Origin: a bacterium
GTDB taxonomy: Bacteria > Hinthialibacterota > Hinthialibacteria > Hinthialibacterales > Hinthialibacteraceae
Direction of reading: 5' to 3'
NCBI GenBank assembly: GCA_963662285.2
Contig: CAXXMV010000001.1
Span: 160,001 to 224,000 of the forward strand
DNA length: 64,000 bases
A program made the translations under genes and the position numbers. Positions 28,134 through 41,311 of the stretch are shown here, piece after piece. Each line of letters starts with the position of its first letter. Within the stretch, counting starts at the first letter, position 1. The notes beneath the pieces are model-generated. The model was not told the DNA's origin and did not search any database. It saw nothing but the letters and a program-made list of their open reading frames with translations.

Positions 28134-31100
28134 TTATTCAGGTTCATCGATACGGACATGAGGTCCAACAATGGCACCAAGAAACATACCATCACGAACA
28201 GCGGATGTGATGATTGTAGCGTCAGCATCGCCTACAAGAGTTTTCCAGTCACTGTCCTTCGTCTTGTATTCAAAAGAACAGGTAGCCTTATCTGCTTTAA
28301 CACGTAAATCGATTTCATTTAGCGACGATAACTCTACTTCACCGACTCGGTTTACATCCCGGCCTTCGACTTTTTCGAGATAGAGTTGAGTCTTACCGTT
28401 TTTATACTGTACCGCCAGAAAATAGTGATATCTCTCATTCATGAAAAGCACTAATCCCGAAGAAATCCCCTCATTCTTTGGAATGCCAACTGATAGAGCA
28501 GCCATGTACTTAGCATGTCGAACTCGTCGTCCCAAAAAGCTGGGATTGCCAGAACCTCTTAGTGTTTCTGAACGGGGAGTTAATTCGAGTCGTTCGGTTG
28601 TTGTATTTACGTTCCACCATTCCTCCTCAGGTTCACGGAGCATAATCCACTCCAATGAAAGATCCTTCTGTTTGAAATCATCACTCCAAGTAAAACTGCC
28701 ATTGAGAGGTGCATCTGATGCTTGAATTTCAACGCCATTGGGTGATTTGCTTACAAGTGGCACTCGCTCGCCCGGCGGCAAGATGATCGGCCAATCATCA
28801 TCTGTCCAATTGACTGGCAGCAAGAACGTTTCTCGTCCCATTGGAGAAAGCCCATTTTTGTATGGACGCACGGCAAGAAATACTGCCCACCAATTATTGT
28901 CCGGCCCAATAACCAAATCGGCATGTCCCGTACAAGTAACAGCGTTGGGTGCATTGCTATCCAAATCACGTTGAGTTAGGATCGGATTCTTATCCCAAGG
29001 GATGTAGGGACCATCGACTTCTTTGCTGCGAAAAATGACTTGTGAATGCTGCGTACTCGTGCCACCCTCAGCACAGCAGAGATAGTACCAACCTTTGAGT
29101 TTATAGATATGCGGTCCTTCTATCCAAACCGGCTTTTTTGAAATATCGACACCGCCATTAATGAGCAACTTACGCGACTCATACATTTTTTTGTTTTTAG
29201 GATCAAACTGCTGAATCCAAACTGCACGGTGCCCATCATATAATGGTCTGCCTTCAGGAGCATCATTATAGACAATCCAGGCTGTTCCATCTTCATCAAA
29301 GAAGATCGAAGGATCAATTCCGCCAAACCTTAAGGGCATGGGATCAGACCAAGGGCCAGCCGGATTTTCAGCTGTTACTACGAAATTGCCTGGGCCGTCG
29401 ATCTTGGTACATACAACGTAAAAAAGTCCATCATGATAAGTGATAGCTGGGGCGAATAGTCCTGCACTTACTCGGCGGTTCCTAAAGTTGAGTTGTTCAG
29501 GGCGATGAATAACATGGCCAATCTGTTTCCAATTTACAAGATCGGTACTATGAAAGATCGGTAAACCAGGAAAGTATTCGAAGGTCGAATTAATCAGGTA
29601 GTAGTCCTTGCCTGCGCGGCAAATACTCGGATCAGGGTGAAAACCGGCGAGAATCGGATTACGATACTGATCGGAAGAAAGTGGAGCAGTTGCATTGATA
29701 TCTTCTCCCGTGTATTCGAAATTATCGAAAAATACTGGCTTTATTTGTTGCGCGGACTTATCATCCGTCAAAATAAAGGAATCTACATCAACAAAACCCG
29801 CACTAGACTCAGGATTATAGTAAAAGATAGCGAACTGCTGTCCTTGAAATGTTCCGGTTTGCCAATCGAATTGGAGTGGAAATTCTTGTCCTGCATCAGA
29901 CCAATTCTGACCATCCAAACTATATGAACATTTTCCCTTATGGATTTCGAAGTCCATCTCCGTGCGGAGCATAATAAAATCGGTTTGAATGGAAGTTAGT
30001 ATTTCGCTTTCATGTGTTTTCTGACCGTTTTTTATATCTTCTATCACTTGTTTTCCAAGAGTTAATTCACCTTGTTCATTGCAAGTAATGAATATGTGTC
30101 CGTTAAATTTCCCTAATGTTCCAAAACCGCAGATGTCTCCAGGCTTGAGATGACTCAAATCCAAAGTCACGGTACCTTGGCACCACGGCCCCCATCCCTT
30201 TTGGGTGAGCGTATTGCGTGCTGTCCAAAATTGATCGGATTGTGTTGCTTTGAGACGAAGATAGCCGGGCCGTTCGGTAAGCGACCAGCGATTATCGTCA
30301 GGATTGTGATTCCACTGCCATTGCAATCCCAATATATCAGAATCGAATTGATCCGATGTTGCTGGCTCTAAGACCGGTTTGCCTTGAATTGGTTTGGTTG
30401 CAACATCCGGCACAGTGCCTGGAGCGTCTGGCGTTCCCCACATGGGCCAATCATCTTGCCAAAAGATGGGACTGATATTAGTGATTCTGCCCACCGACTT
30501 GAAATCACACATCACGAATCCGTACCAACTCCCATCAGGCAGATCGACAATGGCTCCCTGATGACCACCGGTTCTATCGTCGATAGACCGTTTTGTTTCC
30601 CAAGGGCCATTTAGACTTTTAGCACGCGATATATCCATTCCCAATCTTCTGGGTATGGATTGAAACAAGTAGTACCAATCTCCACGTTTGATAATCTTTG
30701 ATCCTTCAGCGCCTCTGTTAAAAAAAACCTTTTTTGCTTCTTCTATTTCAGTGTAATCTTCATTTAGAGTTAATAGAGTGAGTGTTCCGTCGTATCCAGC
30801 CGATGTCGCAACATAACCCTTGCCGTCATCATCGAAAAATAAGGCTGGATCAAATGCACCGCGGTCTAATTCTATATAATTCCATGGGCCTCTTGCATCT
30901 TTGGCTGTGTATATTCTTGTCTTTTGTCCCACTGGAGTTACAGCCACATAGAAAGTGCCATTATGGTATCGAAGGCTTGGTGCAAATATTCCAGATCGGT
31001 AGGCTGTACCTTTTTGAAGATCGTATTCTGACCGTCCATTCAACCGTTTGATGACATGGGAAAGATATCTCCAGTTAACTAAATCTTGCGAGTGCAGAAT

Positions 31101-31316
31101 CGTTAATCCTGGTGTGTTCACAAAGGTGGTTGTCGCAAAATAAAAATCATCACCAACTCTAATGATGTCTGGATCTGGGAAATCGGCATAAAGAGGTGGA
31201 TTGGAATAGGTTCCGTCACCATTGTCCGATTGCCTTGCCAAAAGAGTACTTGTGAAAACAACAAGTAAGCAAAAGAGTGTGAGTGATGATATAAGTTTCT
31301 TGAAAAGATTTTCCAC
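28134..31316 (-). CDS. Tandem GH43-GH43 beta-xylosidase/arabinofuranosidase
   Basis: Two catalytic modules (DFPDPDIIRVG and GFHPDPSICRAG), each followed by a beta-sandwich; GTG start after AGAGGAG. Confidence 0.92.
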   Translation of the reverse strand: MENLFKKLISSLTLFCLLVVFTSTLLARQSDNGDGTYSNPPLYADFPDPDIIRVGDDFYFATTTFVNTPGLTILHSQDLVNWRYLSHVIKRLNGRSEYDLQKGTAYRSGIFAPSLRYHNGTFYVAVTPVGQKTRIYTAKDARGPWNYIELDRGAFDPALFFDDDGKGYVATSAGYDGTLTLLTLNEDYTEIEEAKKVFFNRGAEGSKIIKRGDWYYLFQSIPRRLGMDISRAKSLNGPWETKRSIDDRTGGHQGAIVDLPDGSWYGFVMCDFKSVGRITNISPIFWQDDWPMWGTPDAPGTVPDVATKPIQGKPVLEPATSDQFDSDILGLQWQWNHNPDDNRWSLTERPGYLRLKATQSDQFWTARNTLTQKGWGPWCQGTVTLDLSHLKPGDICGFGTLGKFNGHIFITCNEQGELTLGKQVIEDIKNGQKTHESEILTSIQTDFIMLRTEMDFEIHKGKCSYSLDGQNWSDAGQEFPLQFDWQTGTFQGQQFAIFYYNPESSAGFVDVDSFILTDDKSAQQIKPVFFDNFEYTGEDINATAPLSSDQYRNPILAGFHPDPSICRAGKDYYLINSTFEYFPGLPIFHSTDLVNWKQIGHVIHRPEQLNFRNRRVSAGLFAPAITYHDGLFYVVCTKIDGPGNFVVTAENPAGPWSDPMPLRFGGIDPSIFFDEDGTAWIVYNDAPEGRPLYDGHRAVWIQQFDPKNKKMYESRKLLINGGVDISKKPVWIEGPHIYKLKGWYYLCCAEGGTSTQHSQVIFRSKEVDGPYIPWDKNPILTQRDLDSNAPNAVTCTGHADLVIGPDNNWWAVFLAVRPYKNGLSPMGRETFLLPVNWTDDDWPIILPPGERVPLVSKSPNGVEIQASDAPLNGSFTWSDDFKQKDLSLEWIMLREPEEEWWNVNTTTERLELTPRSETLRGSGNPSFLGRRVRHAKYMAALSVGIPKNEGISSGLVLFMNERYHYFLAVQYKNGKTQLYLEKVEGRDVNRVGEVELSSLNEIDLRVKADKATCSFEYKTKDSDWKTLVGDADATIITSAVRDGMFLGAIVGPHVRIDEPE

Positions 31317-31365
31317 GTTTTTCTCCTCTAAGCGGATAACAACTGTCAAAAAAGTTGTGTTTTGA

Positions 31366-32448
31366 TTATTTCTGATTTAGTTTCAAGAGACCAAGCCGAT
31401 AGGGTAAAAGTTCGTATCGACCACCGGACGATGGATAGCGTCCCTGAAAAAGCAACTGTAGGTTATTGGGATCAATTGTCATCGTTTCATCATATCCATC
31501 GCGGAGTAATTCTCCATGACTGATATCCTTAGTCCAGGCTTCAACCCCTTCTGTAAAGGAGACATTGTTGATCCCGGCAAACGGTGTATCCCATGTGTTC
31601 GCGTTAGTTACTTCCGTCCAATCTCCATTTAGGTGATCAGCAATCCAGGCACGGTAATAGCGGGCAGGACCAATCGCTTCGACAAGTGTTATATATTTAT
31701 CAGTGCCTTTGATTTTGTAGGTCATGCTGCCTTCAAAAACATCAAATCGTCTTCCTTCAATAATAACTTCCGGTTCGCTCATGCCTTTGGGGAAATCTTC
31801 GATCTTGGTTTGGCTACGATACGTACGTCCGTTATCACCAGTGAAAAACAGATAGGCGTGTGTATCGTCACAAATCACCCAATAGTCAATCCATAAGCGT
31901 GGAGCGGTGGTAGGTTTTGAATCAAAAAAGTCTTGCGGCTTGGTCCAGGTTTCCGGTTTGGAAAGATCATCCGTTGTACAATACTGAGGCTGTTGCGATT
32001 GAAAAATTAAATACCATTTCTTATGCGGACGGAAATAGAACAAATGCGGAGCACAATGATATCCGGTTAAATATGGATTTTGATCGACAAAATGTAATTT
32101 GGCATTAGGTGCATCAGACCAATCTTTAAAATTCAGGTAAACCATATTCCAGGTTTTGGCGGATGTTGAGTAGACCGTGGCATAGATGTGCCACAAATCA
32201 TTGTAACGAACCACTGTAGGATCTTTAACCGATACTATACTGTGGGTTTCATCAGAGACAGGCTTGACCAGGATATCCGAAGATATCCATTTCAGCGGTG
32301 TGTCAAAAGGCGCTTCGACCGTGGTTTTATTTTCTGCTTCGGGAGCATCCGCTTGGTTTTGTGATGCTGAATCTAAAATATAGGTAAAAAGAACACAGCA
32401 GACGAACGCCATTGAGACCGCAAAATGATTAACTTTTGATTTTTTCAT
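31366..32448 (-). CDS. GH62 alpha-L-arabinofuranosidase
   Basis: SVKDPTVV, APHLFYFRPHKKW, IDYWVICD, FEGSMTYK, WTKDISHGELLR, LPYRLGLL. Confidence 0.9.
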   Translation of the reverse strand: MKKSKVNHFAVSMAFVCCVLFTYILDSASQNQADAPEAENKTTVEAPFDTPLKWISSDILVKPVSDETHSIVSVKDPTVVRYNDLWHIYATVYSTSAKTWNMVYLNFKDWSDAPNAKLHFVDQNPYLTGYHCAPHLFYFRPHKKWYLIFQSQQPQYCTTDDLSKPETWTKPQDFFDSKPTTAPRLWIDYWVICDDTHAYLFFTGDNGRTYRSQTKIEDFPKGMSEPEVIIEGRRFDVFEGSMTYKIKGTDKYITLVEAIGPARYYRAWIADHLNGDWTEVTNANTWDTPFAGINNVSFTEGVEAWTKDISHGELLRDGYDETMTIDPNNLQLLFQGRYPSSGGRYELLPYRLGLLKLNQK

Positions 32449-32485
32449 TAGTAGACCTTTCAATAAAATTATTTTAGTTGTTGAT

Positions 32486-33199
32486 TTATTTCCCGTTTTC
32501 TTTAAGGCTAACAGTATATCCCTGTAAGGGCTCATCATTCGCATCAAGAAATCTAGCGCAGAAATCTGTGGCTCCACCGCCATTAATTACGGCGCATCGT
32601 ATAATATTCGGGCCCTTCTTGAGCGTCAGGCGTTTGGAAATACCATCGTCAATGACCGTTTGTCGGTCATTATAAATGCCAATAACCTCTTGCCCATTAA
32701 CCCACCAAACCGATGCTGCGTTAGAGCCGATCGCCAAACGAACATCTTTCATCTCCTGCGAGCAATGGATGATTGTGACGCCCCAGAATAGGACGTTTGA
32801 TGTAGGTTTGCCGAAACTCTTGGCGAAATAATAAAGATTAACGTTATATTCATTCGTTTGCACGGTATGCCAAATGAATTCCTTACCGTCGATCGTAACC
32901 TTGTCTCCATCGTTTGGAATCACCGTAAACTGATTGGGAAAATACTCGCGCTTTACAGATGCCTGGACCGCGCTATCCGTTAGGCCGATAACGCTGATCG
33001 GATCAAGAATAATCCATTGTTGAATAAAACCATCAGCATGAGGAACTATTCCAACTGATGCTGAAAGCGAGTCTGGAGTTATCGGTCCGCGACTTACGCA
33101 ACCAGTTGCTAATATCAGCAACACGGCTCCTGTTAAGATGATAAATACTGATGTTTTTTGGATGTATGGAAAAGTATTCATGAGAATCCTTCTTTTCAT
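32486..33199 (-). CDS. Putative lipoprotein with beta-sandwich domain in the xylan cluster
   Basis: Lipobox-like LATGC; GSNAASVWWVNG and LKKGPNIIRCAVINGGG; no catalytic motif recognised. Confidence 0.65.
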   Translation of the reverse strand: MKRRILMNTFPYIQKTSVFIILTGAVLLILATGCVSRGPITPDSLSASVGIVPHADGFIQQWIILDPISVIGLTDSAVQASVKREYFPNQFTVIPNDGDKVTIDGKEFIWHTVQTNEYNVNLYYFAKSFGKPTSNVLFWGVTIIHCSQEMKDVRLAIGSNAASVWWVNGQEVIGIYNDRQTVIDDGISKRLTLKKGPNIIRCAVINGGGATDFCARFLDANDEPLQGYTVSLKENGK

Positions 33200-33237
33200 T
33201 ATTGTTACTAAAACTCAGATGATCTTTTTCTCGATTG

Positions 33238-34716
33238 TCAGGGAGTCTTCAATAGCCAACGATGTTTATCCGATTGGGGATCGTATTTAGAAAGCGTAGC
33301 GAAACTTGAACCGATCGCCGAAAGCGCTAGCGTCTCCTTGGAATTCGGAATATTTTTGGCCATGATTCGCCAGGAGCCATCGGCAAGTTGATCGAGACGC
33401 CAGAGTTGTTCGGGTTTACCAGTAAAAGCGGGGATGGCGACCAGCTCGGCATCTTCGTCAACCGCTAACGTTCGGCCTGTACCAGCAACAGTAATCTTAA
33501 AATAGGGTGAGCCGAAATAGCCTCCGGCATCAGCAACGGGTTCAATGTTCCATTTTTGTTGTGCTTGGCACATATAATTGGCCATACGCACTCCAACATT
33601 TCCGGAAGGCCATTTTGCTGATACTTCCATAACATCTTGTGGTGGAATCACACCACCGCTCCCGCTGAACATACCGCCTCCAGGTCTTCTACGTAAGCGT
33701 CTACCTCCAACCGGTACGCCCTCAACGGCCAGTTCGAGCGCTGTACCTGTGCGCACTGATTCGATCTCATACGTACCTTCTTTGCAGTTTTCACCTGCGA
33801 TGGGCCATCCGTCTCTCCATAGTAATGGACGAATATCCATTACACTGGCACCACCTCTATCAAGGTCTGCTTCATAATGACAGGAGAATTTCTGAACGCC
33901 ATCGCCTTGATCGATCAGACCAAAATGACCTGGACCAATAACACGGCCACCGGAGCCGACAAAGAGTTTACCGCCGCCCAGGAGCATATCGATACCCAGA
34001 TGGTCGATGTATGGACCTGTTACTTGCTGAGCACGACCCGCACGAATATTGTAACCTGAGTCGGCACCACGGCAGCAACTTCCATGAGTTGCAAGTAAGT
34101 AATACCAGCCTTCGTGATAAATTATGATTGACGCTTCACAGTTAATTGCAATATCGAGAGGTGTGTCGTTCGGATCAATACGCTTACCAGTGGCTGGATC
34201 GAGTTCGACCAAGCGTATATACCCAAAATATGAACCATAAACCATCCATAATCTCCCATCAGTAGGATCGAGAAAGAGTCCTGGATCAATGGCGTTGCAA
34301 AACTCTTCTCCATTGGACGAAGCGATAAGTCCTTCTTCCACCCATTCATAGCCGGGAGAATTCGGATCGAGGGTCTTGTTCGATATCAAATTGATTTCCG
34401 CTCTGGGTTGTCCTCCCACATTTGCAGATACGTACATATAGTAGCGATCACCAAGGTTTATGATGTCGGGGGCCATACCTCGACGAGATGGCGTTTCTCC
34501 TCGACTCCAAGTCCACCCATCGTCAGAGACTAAACAAGTGCCTCCTGTACCATAGGTGTAGAATTTCCCATCGCACTCAACGATTGTAGAGGGATCATGA
34601 ATTTGAACCTGCCCGTCAAGAGAGTACGATTGTGATATCAAGATAAGTGAAAATCCTATCAAACATACGCTAATTTTCATGCATTGGATAGACGGAGTAT
34701 TATTCATTGCTTTCAT
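33238..34716 (-). CDS. GH43 (arabinanase-like) with ricin-type beta-trefoil carbohydrate-binding module
   Basis: IHDPST, NAIDPG, GSYFG, CEAS, GPGH; C-terminal QKW/QLW/HRW repeats. Confidence 0.85.
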   Translation of the reverse strand: MKAMNNTPSIQCMKISVCLIGFSLILISQSYSLDGQVQIHDPSTIVECDGKFYTYGTGGTCLVSDDGWTWSRGETPSRRGMAPDIINLGDRYYMYVSANVGGQPRAEINLISNKTLDPNSPGYEWVEEGLIASSNGEEFCNAIDPGLFLDPTDGRLWMVYGSYFGYIRLVELDPATGKRIDPNDTPLDIAINCEASIIIYHEGWYYLLATHGSCCRGADSGYNIRAGRAQQVTGPYIDHLGIDMLLGGGKLFVGSGGRVIGPGHFGLIDQGDGVQKFSCHYEADLDRGGASVMDIRPLLWRDGWPIAGENCKEGTYEIESVRTGTALELAVEGVPVGGRRLRRRPGGGMFSGSGGVIPPQDVMEVSAKWPSGNVGVRMANYMCQAQQKWNIEPVADAGGYFGSPYFKITVAGTGRTLAVDEDAELVAIPAFTGKPEQLWRLDQLADGSWRIMAKNIPNSKETLALSAIGSSFATLSKYDPQSDKHRWLLKTP

Positions 34717-34810
34717 AGTCAGTCCTCTATTTATGTTTTGTATAAAGAATCGTGTCACTATTCAATTTCCACTTCCTTGCATTACTTTGAATGATTCTCT
34801 ATCAGCATTG

Positions 34811-37132
34811 TCATTGAATTATGTTCAAATCATGATCCAGTATGATTTTATTCCCTGCATCAATCTGCAGGTTTTTCGTTTGTTCGTTATACCGGATATT
34901 GCACTTATTACCATTTTTACTATGGATTATGGCTTTTGCCAGTTTTTCGTTTTTCCACTCCAGGTCAATTTCAAATCCACCTTTGGCGCATAAACCTTGA
35001 ACTGATCCATTAGCAAAAGTTTTTGGTAAAGCGGGAAGAAGCAAGATTTCATTTTGCATGCACTGTAAAAACATTTCTGCTATACCGGATGTACCGCCGA
35101 AATTACCATCGATCTGAAAAGGCGGATGAGCATCGAACATATTTGGATACGTCCGCTGAGGGTGTATCAGCATCGTGAGTATTTTATAGGTGTGTTCAGC
35201 ATCGTGGAGGCGCGCCCAGAGGTTTAAACGCCAGCCGATTCCCCAACCGGTAGCGTTGTCACCTCGAATCTCAAGTGATTCACGAACCGCTTTGGCCAAA
35301 TCCGGTGTATGGATGACATTGATCTGGTCGCTGGGATAAAGCCCATAGAGATGGGATACATGGCGATGGTGAATATCTCTCGCTTCCATATCCCAGTCTT
35401 CAATCCATTCCTGAAGTTGACCTTCTTTTCCGATCTGATTTGGCGCAAGCCTTTCACGAGCAGACGCCAATTTACTGCGGAAATCGTTATCTTTCTTCAG
35501 GATTTCTGAGGCATTGATACAGTACGTAAACAGATCGCGGACGATCTGCATATCCATAGTTGGACCGGCGCAGATACTCACACCGTATTTGTGTCCGTTT
35601 TCCGGTGAAAGCGAAGGGCAGGTAACAAGCCATTTGAATTTTGGATGTTCAACTAGCGTATCAAGGAAAAACTGCGATGCGCCTTTGAGTACAGGATAAA
35701 TCTTTTTTAGATATTCATTATCTCCGCCATATTCGTATCGTTCCCAAAGGTGCTTGCATAACCATGCACCGCCGGTTGGCCAGAATCCCCATGCGGGACC
35801 ATCGATAGGGGCTGTTGCACGCCACAGGTCCGTATTGTGATGGCAGACCCAGCCGCCTGCGCCCCATTGCACTTCTGCTGTTCGTTTTCCCGTTTCAGTG
35901 AGATCCATAACCATCCCGATCAACGGTTCAGTACATTCCGCCAAGTTGGTTGGTTCAGCGGGCCAGTAATTCATTTCTGTATTAATGTTGATTGTGTATT
36001 TACTGTCCCATGGCGGTCTCATACTTTCATTCCAGATTCCCTGCAAATTAGCAGGCTGACTACCTGGTCGTGAACTGGAAATCAGCAAATAACGTCCAAA
36101 CTGAAAATACAAACTTGCCAGTTGGGGATCATTACCATTGGCAAATTTCTTTATGCGTTCATCGGTTGGAAGTTTCATCGCATCGCTGGTACCCAGATCA
36201 AGCGATACACGGCGAAAAAGTCGTTGATGTTCAGTGATATGTTCTTGTTTGAGGTCTTGATAAGACTTTAAATTTGCCGACTTGATAGTTTCTTTTGTTA
36301 GTTCCGCTGGATTACCACTTACATCGTTGTATCTTTTGAAACTAGTATTGACGGCAATGAAAAGTATGGCCGAATCAGCTTTTTCTACGGTAATTAGGTT
36401 CTCATTTTCTATCAACTCGCCGCCGGTCTGTTTTACTCTCACACGAGCCTGGAATGTCAACGCGCCTTTTATCCCCATAGCATCACCGTTGACGCCATCC
36501 AGGAGTAACGTCCCTGGTGATTCAACAGAAACAGATGCAGACTGAGGTGTTTTCATTCCTGCTGAAAATGAAATGCAGCCTGGTTTATTGGCTTTTAATT
36601 GAATAACGATTACCTGATCGACCGGACTGGAAAAAAATTCTCTGGAGTACTCAACATCATCTTGAGTATATGAAACGCTGGCGATTGCTGTATCAAGATT
36701 GAGAGTTCTCCGATAATTTGTAAGCGAGTTTCCTTCCGGAAACGTAAGGAGCAGGTCACCAACCACTTGATAGGGCAACTGCTTTAGTGGTTTCGCCATC
36801 ATTTTCTGACCAATCAGGCGATCCGCTTCTCGATACTTGCCTTCAAAAATTAGTTGCTGCGCTTTGGGCAATGCTTCCAATGCTTCCGAATTATTCGGAT
36901 CGTATGGTCCACCGGCCCATAAGGTGTCTTCATTCAGTTGAATTCGTTCTTGACTGACGCCGCCGAAAATCATTCCACCCAAACGCCCATTACCGATTGG
37001 AAGCGCTTCCGTCCATCGTTTAGCTGCTTGTCGATACCAAAGGCTGAGCGGTTCAGATGGGGCCTGCGCGAAAATCACATTACTTGATAGAAGGAAAAAT
37101 AATACAAGGAGTGTAACACGTCTTGATTGCAT
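34811..37132 (-). CDS. GH95 alpha-L-fucosidase/alpha-L-galactosidase
   Basis: ALPIGNGRLG, FQFGRYLLISSSR, ININTEMNYW, HRHVSHL, PFQIDGNFG. Confidence 0.93.
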   Translation of the reverse strand: MQSRRVTLLVLFFLLSSNVIFAQAPSEPLSLWYRQAAKRWTEALPIGNGRLGGMIFGGVSQERIQLNEDTLWAGGPYDPNNSEALEALPKAQQLIFEGKYREADRLIGQKMMAKPLKQLPYQVVGDLLLTFPEGNSLTNYRRTLNLDTAIASVSYTQDDVEYSREFFSSPVDQVIVIQLKANKPGCISFSAGMKTPQSASVSVESPGTLLLDGVNGDAMGIKGALTFQARVRVKQTGGELIENENLITVEKADSAILFIAVNTSFKRYNDVSGNPAELTKETIKSANLKSYQDLKQEHITEHQRLFRRVSLDLGTSDAMKLPTDERIKKFANGNDPQLASLYFQFGRYLLISSSRPGSQPANLQGIWNESMRPPWDSKYTININTEMNYWPAEPTNLAECTEPLIGMVMDLTETGKRTAEVQWGAGGWVCHHNTDLWRATAPIDGPAWGFWPTGGAWLCKHLWERYEYGGDNEYLKKIYPVLKGASQFFLDTLVEHPKFKWLVTCPSLSPENGHKYGVSICAGPTMDMQIVRDLFTYCINASEILKKDNDFRSKLASARERLAPNQIGKEGQLQEWIEDWDMEARDIHHRHVSHLYGLYPSDQINVIHTPDLAKAVRESLEIRGDNATGWGIGWRLNLWARLHDAEHTYKILTMLIHPQRTYPNMFDAHPPFQIDGNFGGTSGIAEMFLQCMQNEILLLPALPKTFANGSVQGLCAKGGFEIDLEWKNEKLAKAIIHSKNGNKCNIRYNEQTKNLQIDAGNKIILDHDLNIIQ

Positions 37133-37426
37133 AGTGATATTCCGGACACCTTTCAAAGAGATTACTTTTATTTGTCTTCGATTGTATAGAAAAAGTTGCA
37201 AATTCTCTATATAAACGAGAATCGTGAAACTCAATTCATCCCATAAACGCTCAATTTTTCAGTATTCGTATGATATTTGCCAAATATCCAGAAAATACCA
37301 GTTAATATTGCAATGTGTATTAAATATGTATTTTTTGTTTTAAATCAGTTAATGATTCTCATTGCATTTCACTTTCAGATTGATGAGATATATTAAGAAA
37401 TTCCAATGCTTTCACCTATCAATTGA

Positions 37427-40117
<2,691 letters not shown>

Positions 40118-40150
40118 ATACACATCTTACTTGAAGAATGGGAGTAGTCC

Positions 40151-41269
40151 GTGAAAACAAAACGAATAATCACACTAATGAGCGCATTAATTCTGTTGAA
40201 TTGCGCACTTTCAAATGCGGCTGAACAGGATGTCCCCGTGTTAAAAGAAGTATTCAAGAATCACTTCCTCATAGGCGGGGCGATGAATCGATGGGTGATT
40301 GCTGGACGAGATGCCAATGCGGCAGCACTCGCCGAAAAACATTTTAATACTGCGACTGCAGAAAACGCCATGAAATGGCAGCGCATTTATCCCCGGATCG
40401 ACCAATACAACTGGGGACCGGCTGACGAGTTTATGGAGTTCTGCAAGAAAAATAAAATGGCAGCCATCGGCCATTGCCTAGTCTGGCATAGTCAGGTTCC
40501 GCGCTGGGTGTTTCTTGATAATGAAGGAAATGACCTAACGAGAGACGCGCTTTTAAACCGCATGAAGAATCATATCGACACAGTCGTCGGTCGCTATAAA
40601 GGCAGAATCAAGGGTTGGGATGTTGTCAATGAAGCGCTGGAAGGCGACGGCTCGCTAAGGAAAAGCAAATGGCTAGAGATCATTGGTGAAGATGCTGAAG
40701 AAAAGAAATACGATTACATCGAAAAGGCTTTTCAATGGGCTCAGGAAGCCGATCCCGACACTGAGTTATACTACAATGACTACGGTTTGGAAACCTCAAA
40801 AAAGAAAACCGATGGAGCGGTCGAGATCGTAAAGCATTTAAAGTCCAAGGGCATCCGCATCGATGCTGTTGGTATCCAACTGCACGGGGGATTGGAGTAC
40901 CCCAGCGCAGAAGGTCTTGAATACGCGATCACCAGTCTGGCAGCAACCGGCGTCAAAGTAATGATTACGGAATTAGATATCCGAACACGGCGGCGAGGAT
41001 ATCGCGGTGCCGATATCAGCCGGGTCAACCGGCAAAGCACGACCGATTCAAATGCGAATTCCGAGGAAACTCAGAAAAAAGTTGCAGAGAAATATACCGA
41101 GATTTTTTCGATCCTGAACAAACACAAAGACGATGTTAAACGGGTCACGTTTTGGGGCATCTATGATGGCGCATCCTGGATTGGAGGCTCTCCCTTGTTG
41201 TTTGATCGGAGTTACCAGCCCAAGGAGGCGTTTTTTGCCGTAGTAAAGACAGCACAGGATAACAAGTAG
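40151..41269 (+). CDS. GH10 endo-1,4-beta-xylanase
   Basis: ENAMKW, GHCLVWHSQ, WDVVNEA, LYYNDY, GIQLH, ITELDI. Confidence 0.95.
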   Translation: MKTKRIITLMSALILLNCALSNAAEQDVPVLKEVFKNHFLIGGAMNRWVIAGRDANAAALAEKHFNTATAENAMKWQRIYPRIDQYNWGPADEFMEFCKKNKMAAIGHCLVWHSQVPRWVFLDNEGNDLTRDALLNRMKNHIDTVVGRYKGRIKGWDVVNEALEGDGSLRKSKWLEIIGEDAEEKKYDYIEKAFQWAQEADPDTELYYNDYGLETSKKKTDGAVEIVKHLKSKGIRIDAVGIQLHGGLEYPSAEGLEYAITSLAATGVKVMITELDIRTRRRGYRGADISRVNRQSTTDSNANSEETQKKVAEKYTEIFSILNKHKDDVKRVTFWGIYDGASWIGGSPLLFDRSYQPKEAFFAVVKTAQDNK

Positions 41270-41311
41270 ACACACTTACGATAAGCGGGGAACACTGTTT
41301 ATTGTATTTCA

